From assembly GCF_009914755.1 (NCBI RefSeq), contig NC_060931.1: a stretch of DNA of 64,000 bases. The stretch is one strand, 5' to 3'. The translations under genes were made by a program, and so were the position numbers. A model generated the notes under the pieces. The model was not told the DNA's origin and made no database searches. It worked only from the letters and a program-made list of their open reading frames with translations. Below are positions 11,586 to 25,602 of the stretch, piece by piece (within the stretch, counting starts at the first letter, position 1; every line of letters starts with the position of its first letter). This DNA comes from the human T2T-CHM13v2.0 reference genome, Homo sapiens.

Positions 11586-13087
11586 CTGAAACGGAAAGCA
11601 GGAGAAGTGTTCCCTGACATGGAGCATTTCTGTCAGCAAAGCAAAGTACTGTTAAGCAGTGATCTTCTGAGCAGAGACCACGAGCTTTCTGGTTCTTCCA
11701 TCCTAGCTGCTTAGCTGTGTACCAGGTGGGCTGTGGTGCAGGTAGACAGCACTGCACTCCCCACACTCTCTGGCTCTGCTATCCTGGCTGGTTAGCTGGG
11801 TACTAGGTGGGCTGTGGGTGCAGGTGAACAGTACCTCATTCTAAGCCTCTTGAAGCTGCTCCTCCTTCAGCCTTCTTGGCAGCCCCCTTGCTACAGCCAC
11901 ACTGCTATCACGCTGGACTCTGGCTCACCTGGCCTTCCTCTGGCACCTCCTGAGCTTTGGCACATGCTTCTCCGAGCTTCACCTGCATGGGTCTCAAATG
12001 CCTTCACTCCCAGCCTCAGGAGACCTTCTCTCCAGAGCTTCTGATCAGTCTCTCCTTGGTTCTCCTTCATATTCCTAAGAGACTTTCAAAAACCCCTCCA
12101 CTCTCAGAACTTTCCCTGGCAACATAGTTAATTTCAACTGGGCTTTGAGTACACTGAGAGTGGGGCTGAGTCACCTCCACCTCTGTCCTCAGTAGCCCAC
12201 AGTGTCTGGCACACAGTGGGAGATACGTTGTTTAGGAATTGCACTAAATTTTAAGTTCCAATTCAATTTAAATAATGCGTGGGGCTCAATATTGTTCTAG
12301 AAAAAACAAAAGTATATACAGAACTGCTCTTATGGAATATGAGCAGAGCACAGAAGCGAATGCCAGAAAAATCGTACTAACAGAATGAGAATATATCTTC
12401 TTTATGTAAATAAACTAGCCAACAAGCAACGCTCAATTCGCAGCACACACAAGTGCTCATACGTGACTAAATTAATAAGCCTACATTTCTCACAAAAAGC
12501 TCTCAAGCACAACAGCTGGAGGATAAGCAACGTATGTCTCCCGTTGTTAACTATGGTTCCTCAGCCAAACAGTCATTCTCACATGGAAACAGTCGTCTAA
12601 GAGGAAGCCCCAGTTGAATGGACCTTCAGTTTTAGATGTTGAAGAATTTCCACATGCTGTGGCTGATTGAAAACTTGTTTCAAATCCTTTGTGATCATGT
12701 TTCTTACTAGCTTAGCAATATGTCAGGCCTGAAAATGCCAAGGCCTTGAGCCTGGGCCTCTCATCAACGCAGGTGGCAACAGGGCGGGTTGGAAAGAAAG
12801 CCCAGTGGCCTGGCAAGGTCCGGCGACACTGGGGACTGTCTGAGTTCACTGGGCTTTTACCACTGTTTGAGACCCAGCTTCAGGAAGTACTCATCAGGGA
12901 CACAGAGTCACACATGAAAGTTCCCACAATGTTGTCATTACCATAATAAATGAAAGAAAGTTATAAATGCCCAACAGGTCTTCAGCAAATGGTCATGCAC
13001 AGTGGGCCACTATATAGCCCTGAAAGATGTTTTAAAAATTCATGAAGAGACCTACTCTAAAATGTTGAATAAGAAAGTGCAAAATGC

Positions 13088-13504
<417 letters not shown>

Positions 13505-13936
13505 TTATCTGTTATTCTGTCACTCTGGCTATCTCCTGCCATCCTGGACCTGACCACATCTATACCACATCTGTAATTACTCTATTGATAGTTATCTAGG
13601 TTGTTTGGGACACACATAGGGCACTGAAAAGTCTTTAATTACAGGGCTCTGGACATCACAGACCACCAGCAACCATAAATTCCAGCAATGCTATTACAAT
13701 TACAGAGAAGCATTACTACAATAATTAATAATTGTGAAGGGTAATTAATCCATGCTTGGATGGCCACTCAATGAATGTATCATTTAATATTTTGATATCT
13801 TGGTAATTAACTAAGAAAAGAGGAATACACTTTAGAAGAGTTCAAAGACACAACTGTGGCAAGCGAAGCAGAGACAGGTGCCATGCTCTGCCGGTCAGCC
13901 AGGTGCGCCACGAGAGGCCACCTGGAGGGAGCCTAC

Positions 13937-14153
13937 CTTCCGGAAGCCGAGTCCCCCTTGCAGACAGGTGAGCTCCCGCTCCACGCGACCATCATGCCTG
14001 CCGGCAGACAGCCAGCACTGGGCAGGGAAGAACCAGCCCTGTCCCGTGTGCAGCTCCTTCACCATCACGTGGCTGATGAACCAGCCTGGGGAAGGCCCAC
14101 GGCTGTCGTGCCAGAGGCGGATCTTCCTCAGCAGGCCCAGTTGGGCAGGAGCG
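13937..14153 (-). CDS. PKD1L1: PKD1L1 exon ~36 (PLAT core; APAQLGLLRKIRLWHDS...GLGFRK)
   Basis: ctccag|C, AAG|gtaggc, 217 nt, phase 2-0. Confidence 0.96.
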
Positions 14154-14951
14154 CTGGAGGCACACACAGCAGCATCTCAGCCGGGTGGGTGACAGTGTGG
14201 TCCTGGCATCCCATCAGCCCCAATGCTCACCCTCAAGGCACTGATGGCCCACAGAGGGTGGATGGGACATGTCAAAGGTGACTGACATGCAGAGTGACAT
14301 GTGAAGCCCCCTGGAACCCGGCCAGAGGATGGGAAATCCCACCGAGCACAGTGACCCTGCACTCAGGCCTTCAATATCCACCAGCTTTCCCAAACCAAAG
14401 TTACACAAATCTCGTTCATGTATTTGTCTCTGGTGTGGATTAGTCTAAAGTTAACCTTTTCTCTCTTAATGAAGACATAATACTCCAAACCTATAAATAT
14501 CATACATGAAATTTACCAGGAGAAAAAATAATTTAGCTCAGTCCTTTCATATTTTCTAAGACGCCAGGTGCTTGCATCCTATCTTGTTAAATTCACTCTT
14601 TCTCCAACCCCACCATCTTTGTGACACCATGTGTCACAAACTGGGGACAAACCTAATTAAGGTCAGAAGGTTTAGTGTCATAGAAAACACTGATTATGAA
14701 CTTTACTAGTATGTAAAATCAGTAAGTCTTCTTTCCCCACCCTCCTTCCTTCCTTGCCTCGCATAAACCTATTGTTTAATCTACTCAGAATAATAAACTA
14801 AAAATACATCATAAAATTGTTTGTATATAAATCGATGCTCACTATTAGAGACCAATGTTATGTATTCTACTGTTTTGTATTTGTGATAAGGTTACACCAA
14901 TTCTGATTGGCCTCTCTTTCCCAAATCTAGCAGTGAAATATTTTGGAATAC

Positions 14952-15058
14952 CTCAGGATAAAGGTGTGTCTGGAATTCCTTTCAAACAGGGGCTTCTCTG
15001 GACAGGAGAGCTCCTTGGTTTCTGACAGTCCATTGTCGCCACATAAAACAATGTACAC
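14952..15058 (-). CDS. PKD1L1: PKD1L1 exon ~35 (PLAT; VYIVLCGDNG...FERNSRHTFIL)
   Basis: tttgag|G, AG|gtattc, 107 nt, phase 0-2; PLAT FER...F motif. Confidence 0.93.
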
Positions 15059-15599
15059 CTCAAAACAAAGAACAGGGGTGGGAACTCAGGCTATTTCACA
15101 GCAGACACCATGCAATGCTGGGCAGGGCTTCCTCGCACTTTCTCCCAGCGTCCCACCCTTCCTCAAAACCATCTGCACGGTGGAGTGCCACAGCCTAGAG
15201 CCAGGGGATGAGTGGGCACGTCCAGTCCCAGGCTTCCCTGGAGAGCCAGAGGAGAGCCTCGAAGTGGAGCCTGGTAGAATTGGCCATTTCCTCACCTATT
15301 TGATCTAGAAAAGCCAGATCCCAACTAGGATTCGGGAGGGCATTTGTTTTCTCATGAGGGCGGGAGAACACCACGGTGGGCACACCATTTTCCTCCCTGT
15401 GGTTTGGCAGGGAGATGCCAGAGGAGCCTGGACGCAGAGTAGGGTACCCATGCACCTGTGGGCACACCCTGGGGAGGCACATGACAATCTGGCTGGGCTT
15501 GTCGTTCTCACTGGTATCTTCTGTCACACAGAAATGAACAATTCTGATGTAATGTCACTTATCAAATTTTCATTTAAGAAAGATATTTCTGTTTCTGAA

Positions 15600-16640
15600 A
15601 TCCTTCCTTACTCGAAAGTGTATATTTTCTTTGACTAGTTTCTAAACTTTGTGTTTTCACCTTTCTGTCTCTAATGTTCTGGAGTTCATTTTTTGTGTGT
15701 ATGATGTAAAGATTTAATAGTACCTTTTTCTACAAGGGCAGCTATTGTTCCAAAATATTTTTTGAAACAGTGCACCCTTTCCTGTGGTTTGTAAGACCTC
15801 TAGTCTTCCCTAGAAATCCCTCCTCAGTACCTCTCCCGAGGTCATGACACGATCTCAGGTGCTACAGTTTCAAAATAAGCCTGGATATCGAGTTGGGAGG
15901 CCCCTGCCTTGTTCTTCTCTTGAGAGTTGGCATGACTGGTCTTGTAATTCTCTTGTATTCTTTTCTACCTGAATTTTAGGATCAGTTTTCCAAGTTCCAC
16001 AAAACACTGTCCTGGAATTATGAATAGATTTAATTGGATTTAACCTCATTATGCCTTAGGTTTTCATTTGTAAAGGGGGTATATTAATAGAATTTCATTC
16101 ACACTATTATTATTAATGTTATAGATTAATTTGGGAGAAATGACAAAGGAAAATCGGCTTTCTCATCCATGAACATAGCTCTTTATTTGGATCTCTTATG
16201 CATATCAGGGATAGTTCCTTCATGATGGTCTTGTATGTGGGGTTTGATGAATTCACTTCTAGGCACCCCACCATTTTTTACTGTGACAAAGAGGTTCTTG
16301 TTTTCAACTCCATGTTATAAATAGTTATTGCTGTTTTATAGAGATTATTTTGATGATTTTTTCTTAATCACAAATTCAGCAAGTTTCTTTAATGTTATTA
16401 GTGCTAATCATTAGAGTGAAGATGCTTCTTCATTTGCTATGTAGACAACCTCATCCTGTACGAAGAACCATCTCTTTCTCCCTTTTGGAAACTTATATTC
16501 CTGTTTTATTTCTTGCTTTATTGTTTTTAACCAGGATTTCTAGTACAATGATAAATAGCAGTGCTGACAGCAGACATCCCTTAGAAATCATCTAAAGCTT
16601 CACCACTAAATCTTCCTTTGTTAGGTTAAGAACATTCCTA
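15600..16640 (-). mobile_element. Old L1 (L1M-type) fragments, approximate
   Basis: T-rich degenerate antisense ORF2-like text (e.g. ccaggatttctagtacaatgataaatagcagtgctgacagcagacatccc). Confidence 0.55.
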
Positions 16641-17452
16641 TGTGTATGCATTGCTTGTGAATATATACATGTATGTTTATCTGAAAGACAATTTAAATAT
16701 ACAGTTGGTAGACGAAGGGCTTATGGTGAGTAAGGACCACATAAGCTTTAAAAATGTGTTGTGTCCCCATCTATCCTACTGCACTGTGGCACCCCATCTT
16801 ATTCATCCTCCCATCTAACTCTTTCTCATCCACACCCCAATCCTATTGCTTCCATAAAGTAACCATGGTTCCCTCGGGAAATGGAAGCGTGAGTTCCAAG
16901 GGCAGAGGGAGTCTCCCTCTCTGAGGGATTTGTGTCACACGCACTTCGAATTGCACATGGCTCTGCCGGGCTCAATTTCTGCCCCTGCAGACCTCACCTC
17001 CACAGCTCACCGCGGCACCCCTGCTCCACTGGGCCCAGTGCTAGACTATTTCCTCCTCCTCCACCGCATCCTTCTTCCCACCCCATCTTCATCCTCCACC
17101 AGCTTCTCTGGGACTGTTGTCTTCAGCCCCAAGCTCAGAAGAGTACAACTCATTCTCAGAGTCTCAAAGATCCACTCAGAGACAGAACATATCTCCCCAG
17201 GCTGCTTTCCACAGTGGAGACAGAAGGAGAAGGGATTGGAGCAGCTGCAGAAGGTGAAGGGGTCTGCTCTTCACCCTGACAGATGTGCAGGCCAAGGGAG
17301 GGCAGTGGAAAGGGCGGGCAAGCTTTGCCTCAGCAATGAGATGAGGCTGCTGTGACAGGTGACAGACGGGGCAGCCAAATCACCAAATCCTCACTTCTGA
17401 TGTTGACACTGCTTAGACACCATCAAAGAGTACCCCCAGATGCTCGAGCTAC

Positions 17453-17660
17453 CTTTGAGGTCAACCTGGCCGGAGCTCGGAAGCCAGTGTCAATGACGAC
17501 CGCATATAGCTGATGGCCCGGCAGGGAAGCTTCTTGCAGAAAGATGTAACCAGCTTTCTTTTTTTCATGATGATCTACTTGTCTACTTTTAGCGACCAAA
17601 AATCCATAAAGAATCACAGAACCCATAATAAAAATACTGGGAAGCAAGTTTTCTGGGTGG
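17453..17660 (-). CDS. PKD1L1: PKD1L1 exon ~34 (TM1 and start of PLAT; HPENLLPSIF...YAVVIDTGFRAPARLTSK)
   Basis: ttatag|C, AAG|gtagct, 208 nt, phase 2-0. Confidence 0.94.
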
Positions 17661-19485
17661 CTATAAACAAAAGGAGAGATATAAAGAAAATTGCTCATGA
17701 AAATAGACATATAGGAAAAGACTGATTGCCACCCCTAGCCCCTTACACACAAAAGTCCCTGCTGGGCTTCACTGATACATTTTTACACTTGCTGGAAGCT
17801 GAGTTAGAAGGGCTTTGAAGGCAGGGAGCTGGCCTGTGGTCCAGTGAGCAGCACCCCACAAGCATGGACTCCAGAACCAAAGAAACCTTGTAATGGACCA
17901 GCCTCTGTGCTAGGTGGCTGTGCCATGCTGGGTCTGAGGAACTTTCATTGTGAACTATGGCTAAGAATGCCAGTCTCGCTGCTATTGTAAAGATTAAGCA
18001 ATACAAATATACAAAATTCTTGAAACATGCAGGTGCCATTATGTTCCTCCCTCTCTCCCTCTCCTGCTAGCAGAACAAGGCTAGGAGGCATTGGCAATGT
18101 TTTGGAGACCCTGCCTGTGCCTCCCACCGCCCCTGTGGATGGTGCTGCTTGTTCCCTACCTGTAGCCTCTACCTACCTGTTCCCAGGCACCAACACTGGC
18201 TGGGGTGAGATCACTGAATGCCCACAGTTCCGTAGAATGACATTCATATCAAGCCGCTGTGCAGGGACTCTAACCTAACTGGAGTCTTACAGATTTCTGA
18301 TGGGATCTCAGAGGGTGGGCACCAGGGTCTATGTCACACGGGGATGTTGCCCGCCCCATCCCCTAGCATTCTGCTCTTTGATTTAATCTGAGGATTGGGC
18401 TCTGCTCTTGGTTTCTCACCTGCCCTCTTTTTTCCCACCAAGATAGAGCCTGTTCAGAGCTCTGCCCCACGAGCTCTGCAGGGTGCTCACATCCTTCCAC
18501 CTGGACAATACTCTGAAACCTTTCGGATTCTGGCCAGATAGCCCCTGTAGAACTTCAGGTGTTGCCTCTCTCTGGACATCTTCCAGGGCTGCTTCCCCCA
18601 TGGTTTGCCCCAGCCCCAGTGGTATCAATGCCGCAGACACCATGGTTGAGGCTGCTGTCTTCTGAGCCCTGATCACTGAATGGCCAGTGACCTGTTCTGC
18701 ACCCAACATCTGTTGCATTAGCAATTCATATCTTATTTACTAATTATCTGGTCCACCAACTAGTCTATAAAGTAATACGATTGATGAAATAATAAAGTAA
18801 GGTAGAGTTTCTTACTATATGAATATAAGGAGAAAAAAATTTAACACTCAACACCCCAGAAAATGCAGACTCTGCCCTAGATATTCATTCAGCAAATATT
18901 TACTCTAAGCATTGTATTAAATGTAGGGTGACACTGATGAATAAGACAGGGAAGGTTCCTGTCCATATCAGCTTACATTCACTTTACTCATATCTCAGAG
19001 TCTAAATATAACCATTTCATATAAAAGTGGCTATAAAAATAGTGTACATTTTAAATCTATTATCTAAAATGGGATACTCCAGAGAGAGAAAGAGGGAGCT
19101 ATTAATAATTAGGCTGTGACAATAAACATAAACCAGGACAGGCTCTTTAGGTATTATTGTCACTGTAGATATCAACCCTATCAATAATAATTGACCAAAT
19201 TCACACTGAACTAAAACTAAACTTAAAAGTATGAAAAGTATGTTGACTTTCTTGTGTTTACAAATCTCTCATCAGTGAATTCAAGTATAGAGAGACAAGA
19301 TATATAAGTATATATTCAACTATATAATATTTAAAGATAATTATCTACTAATATGCACATTTCAAAAATGCAATGATAGTAAGTAACATGGATTTCAAGC
19401 ACCCCCGGAATTATATGTGGGCATCCTGAGTAAACAGTAAAACAAATAAAGTCTATGAAGTCTTTATGTAGGAAATGGAACTTAC

Positions 19486-19569
19486 CTCTGTAGCTTGGAA
19501 ATGTCACTCACTTCAAAACTGGCCTTCAGCTTTCTCCTTAGGAGAGCGAATGCCGCGAGGCGATGGTAG
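19486..19569 (-). CDS. PKD1L1: PKD1L1 exon ~33 (GPS end and stalk; SYHRLAAFALLRRKLKASFEVSDISKLQ)
   Basis: tcctag|C, AG|gtaagt, 84 nt, phase 2-2. Confidence 0.92.
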
Positions 19570-20057
19570 CTAGGAGGGAAATGCGGATGAGGATACAGAA
19601 TGTGTGGAGAGAGCAGCTGTTGACAGTGTAATGGCATGTTGGTTAAAGGAATGAGAAAAGGAAGAAAGAGTGCAATAATGATAACTTTATGACTAAGACC
19701 CAGTTTAAAAGATTCACCTGAAACCTAAGTTAGAAATGAGGGACACTTCTGATGTGCCAGAGTTCTTCACATCTGCGTGTTGGGGCACATGGCTCCCATG
19801 GAGGCTGTCCTGAGATGCAAGACTCCACAGCATATGGCGGTCTTCATGACAGCCCTCCACAGCATGGCTGCAGCCTGAGGCTCTCGGGTCCCAGTCACAG
19901 CCTAGCTGTGCTGCTGGTCAAGCTCTGGCCAACTCCTCTGCCTAAGCACCAGTTCCTGGCATTACAAATATCCTACCCTGACAATCACTGTAAACACTGT
20001 CTCCTTTTTTAAAAATAAAGTCTATCTCACCCTCATTATCTTGTGAGCAGGTCCTAG

Positions 20058-20399
<342 letters not shown>

Positions 20400-21369
20400 T
20401 AAAAAAGTGCCTAGCAGAGAGTAGTTACGTAATGGAGAATGAATGATTGCATTAATGCATTTATCAATAATTTAATATGGAAGCAAAATATTGGGCCATT
20501 ACCAGTAAGTTTGGATGTGCTCCTAGCAATGGCATTAGAAAAATTTAAGAGTGCAACATAAGAAAATCAATAAATGGCTATGAATTGCACTGCTACGGTA
20601 TGATCTGGATATATTTGCCTCCTAGCAGGAAATCACAAAATATAATGTCTTATGGCTTATTTGTTTTTTAAAAGGAAATGACTATTTCTGCTTCTAAATA
20701 TGACTAATAATTGTTTATCCTAATGAAAAGGTAAGGGCAACAAAAAAGAATGATCTGAGCCTCTTATAGAATTGTTAGTCTGTCAGCTAGATGACAAACA
20801 ATTTCTAATTTAGTGACATGACTCATATGCCCAGAAATTCCTGAGGAGGCTGTTCATGTTTGCGCAGAGACTTTTCTTGCCTCAGAAAGCACACCTTCAC
20901 CACCAGGCTGTGGAGGGTCCTCTGAAGATGAGGGACTCTCAGGGCAACATGGGGGCATGGTGAGAGCTGAGGGTCCCACCTGCCTGACTACAAACTGCGT
21001 ACTCAAAGGATGTCAGCACTTCTATGATAAGAAAACTGACAGGTTCATCTATCACTCATCCACCGACTCATGTCTTCAACAGACACTTACTAAACACCTC
21101 CTCCATGACAGTCGGTACGGGAAGGAGGAATACGAGGACAGTCTATAAAGCAGCCCTTGCTCCTTGGGAGCCCATAGAGTGGGAGAACCAAGGCTGACAC
21201 ACGAACTGGCTATGAGAGAACTGACACAGGCTGGAGAGTTGTACAAACCAAGAGAGCTCCAGCTTCTTATGGACAAGGTTCAGGAAAGGCTCTAGGGGTT
21301 GGGCCAAATGCAGAAGACAAGGCAGTCATTTACTAAAAATCTCAGATTCTTTCTCAAATGTGTCTATAC

Positions 21370-21562
21370 CTGCAGTTCACTTTTTCAGGAGAAGTCCCTG
21401 GTTGTGGAGAGAAACGTTCAGATTTCCACTCTCTCTTGTCCCAAAACAGGCATCGGATCCACTGGAAATGTACTGTATAGTTCACTGCCTTAGCTAAATA
21501 TCTGTTTGGAGGTTTTCTGTCATAGTCAGCATCCAATAAGGATAAATAGCCTACACTGGCAT
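21370..21562 (-). CDS. PKD1L1: PKD1L1 exon ~32 (GPS N-half; DASVGYLSLL...RCLFWDKREW...KVNC)
   Basis: ttttag|A, AG|gtatag, 193 nt, phase 1-2; C-x-F-W...W GPS pattern. Confidence 0.94.
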
Positions 21563-22119
21563 CTAAAAAGAGAAAACATAAATAAAAAGTACAACCTGAA
21601 GTTTGCAGAAAGGCATTCTCCATTTCAAACGCAGACAGAGTAGGCAGATAGGTGGGGACAAGGACTACAGATGAGCAAGAACTGAAAGACAGCATCAAAT
21701 TCTAGCCATTTCCTGTCCCCGAAGCATTTAAATTTGGATTAAATCCACCCAGTCAAAGCTCCTGGATGCAGATACGAATTGAGGAATGGTAGAGAATTGG
21801 GAAGAAAAACAGTGTTTCTAGCATCCCGTATGTTCCAAGTGCCCCCTGACACCCTGAACAGGCCACACCCCCTGACCTTAGTGGGGATGGAAGAGGGTTG
21901 AGTCAGTTTCTTTAGCTGCCATTCAAGCCCACTTCCTGCTCCTCGCCAGTTTGTCAGCCAGCCTGCGAAATTTCAGTATACCCAGGGTCTAAACCCATTC
22001 TGGTAAGGACAGCACAATGACCCATGGAGTTTTAGCCTATCATTTTTTTTTTATGTTTAGCCTACTTTTTATATTTAGAAGCAGAAGTATTTAACATTCT
22101 ACTTATTTAAAAATTGCCC

Positions 22120-22990
22120 AAGACTTTTTAATAAGTGGTGTTGGGACAACTAGACATTAGCCCTTTGTAAAAATATGGGCACCTCATGCTATAAAAAATA
22201 ATAATAAACATTAGCAAATCAGATATCTAAATATGAAAGAAAAAACAAAAACAAACTGCACAAGTACTGAGGAACACATGAATGACTTCTTTTATAATCT
22301 GGACATAAGAAATAAATTTTGAACGATGGTTCAAAATCTAAGAGTCTTACAAGAAATGGTGGATAAATTACTATTTTAAAAATAGCCCTAACATATAAAG
22401 AGCTCTTAAACATCAAGAAAAAACAAACTCAATACAAAAGTGGGCATATATGAACAATTCACAGAAAAAAAAGTGGATAATGGCTTTAAATATATGAAAA
22501 AATACCCAACTTAATTCATATAAAATGCATATTAAAATGAACATTTCTCAATTATAAGACTGGCAAAACTCAATAGCTTGAAAATACATCCTTTTGGCAA
22601 AGACGTGGGAAAACAGGCAGCTTCAGACACTGCTGGAGGTAAACGTGACAATACTTACCAAAACCACATAGGCATTTACCATCCGACCCAGGAACAGCCT
22701 ATCTAGGAATTAAACTTGAAGATACACTCCTCCCCCTACATGTAATACAGTATATGCACAAGTCTTCCATGTGAATACATAGGAGACTGGCTGAATAAAC
22801 TACGGTCCATCTATACAATGGAGAAGCACATAGCAGTTAAAAAAAAAAGATATCGATGAATAAATACATACGGAGTGATTTCTAAATATGTAATTTAAGT
22901 AAGAAAAGCACAATGCAAATGAGTGTAAGAAATAAGGGGAAATAATGTGGGTATGCATGGGCTTATTTTCCCAAAAAGAAACATCAGGAA
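22120..22990 (+). mobile_element. Old L1M 3' fragment, approximate
   Basis: aataagtggtgttgggacaactag, caaaagtgggca..tatgaaca, degenerate L1 ORF2 3' text. Confidence 0.55.
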
Positions 22991-23019
22991 AACAATTCCC
23001 ATAAAATTATAATCATCGA

Positions 23020-23313
<294 letters not shown>

Positions 23314-23319
23314 TTATAA

Positions 23320-24672
23320 TCATTGTTCTTCACAGAACTAGACAAAACAATCCTAAAATTCATATGGAATCACATAGCCAAAGCAATACTAAGCAAAAGG
23401 AACAAATCTGGAGGCATCACATTACCAGACTTCAAACTATACAACAAGGCTATAGTTACCAACACAGCATGCTACTGGCATAGAAATAGGCATGTAGACC
23501 AATGGAACAGAATGCAGAACCCAAAAATAAGGCCAAATACCTAAAGCCAATTGATTTTTGACAAAGCAAACAAAAACATAAAGTGAGGAAAGGACACCCT
23601 ATTCAACAAATGGTGCTGGGATAATTGGCTAGCCACGTGTAGAAGAATAAAACTGGATCCTCATCTCTCATTTTATGTAAAAAATCAACTCGAGCTGGAT
23701 CAAAGACTTAAATCTAAGACTTGAAGCTGTAAAAATTCTAAAAGATAACATCAGAAAAACTCTTCTAGACATTGGCTTAGGCAAATAATTCATGACCAAG
23801 ACCCAAAAGCAAATGCAATGAAAACAAAAATAAATAGATAGGACCTAGTTAAACCAAAAAGCTCCTTCAAAGCAAAAGAAATAATCAGCAGAGTAAGCAG
23901 ACAAGCAACAGAGTAGGAGAAAAAATTTGCAAACTATGCATCTGACAAAGGACTGGTATCCAGAATTCATAAGGAACTCAAACAAATCGCAAGAAAAAAC
24001 AAATAACCCCATCAAAAAGTGGGCAAGGACCTGAACAGACAATTCTCAAAAGAAGATATGTAAATGGCTAAAAAATACTCAACACCACTAAGTAATAGGG
24101 AAATGCAAATTAAAACCACAATGAGATACCATCTTACTCCTGCAAAAATGGCCATAATTTTTAAAAGTCAAAAAATAATAGATTTTGGTGTGTATGTGGT
24201 GAAAAGGGAATACTTTTACACTGCCTGTGGGAATGTAAACTAGTACAACAGAACCAACCTAAATGCCCATCAACCTACGAGTGGATAAAGAAAATATGGT
24301 ATGTATGCACCATGGAATACTACTCAGCCATAAGAAGGAACAAAATAATGGCATTTGCAGCAACCTGGATGGAGTTGGAGACCATTATTCTAAGTGAAGT
24401 AACTCAGGAATGGAAAACCAAATATTTTATGTTCTCACTTATAAGTGGGAGATAAGCTATCAGGATGAAAAGGCATAAGAATGACATAATAGGACTTTGG
24501 GGACTTAGGGGTAAGGATGAGGGGGTGAGAGATAAAAGACTACACATAGGGTGCAGGGTATACTGCTCGGGTGATGGGTGCACCAAAATCTCACAAATCA
24601 CCACTAAGGAACTTATTCATGTAACCAAAAACCACCTGTTCCCCAAAAACTACTGAAATAAAATAAAATAAA
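23320..24672 (+). mobile_element. 5'-truncated L1 (L1PB-like) ORF2 3' part, 3'UTR and poly(A)
   Basis: ORF 23323-23544 = L1 ORF2 (ILKFIWN...[11 protein letters not shown]...DQWNR); 3'UTR gatgggtgcaccaaaatctcacaaatcaccac; A-rich tail. Confidence 0.9.
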
Positions 24673-24806
24673 GGAAACAAATGAAAACAATTACCTATAA
24701 GGACTAGGTGATAACAAGGTATAAGAATAAGGCTGTTGAAAGATTTAGCTCTGAATACATACATCTTTAAATGTGCTTTAGACATCTGAACAATAAAAAT
24801 GTCTCA

Positions 24807-25147
<341 letters not shown>

Positions 25148-25577
25148 GGATAAAAGTAAGGCTTAGCATTAAGTACATGCAAAAAAGTGAACCTAGCTGT
25201 ATATAAAACGTATAGCAAAAACCCACAGAGAAAATAATTAATTCAACTAACTTTTGACTATGTGCTCTTACTGTAATATATCATGTAAGAATGTAAAGTC
25301 AAAACTAAACAAAAAATCTAGAAAGAAATATTGAACTTTATCTGGTAGGTTTGTGATTGTTAGGGGTACAGGTGCTTTAATTCTAAAACGATTTGGTGTA
25401 TACTGTAGGATAGAGCAAAGTGAATTTTGCTCTTTGGAAACTGGCTCTCAAGTTCTCATATTTTGGCAACTGGAATTCTCACTGTAGGAGAATGGGGATC
25501 TGAACACACAATGGGAGAAAGTAATAAGGAACCCTGGGTGTTGGATTTGAATTAAGGCATTGTGATTAACTCATTTT

Positions 25578-25602
25578 ACACACACATACACACACACACA
25601 CA
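25578..25602. repeat. (CA)n microsatellite, imperfect
   Basis: acacacacatacacacacacacaca. Confidence 0.8.
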
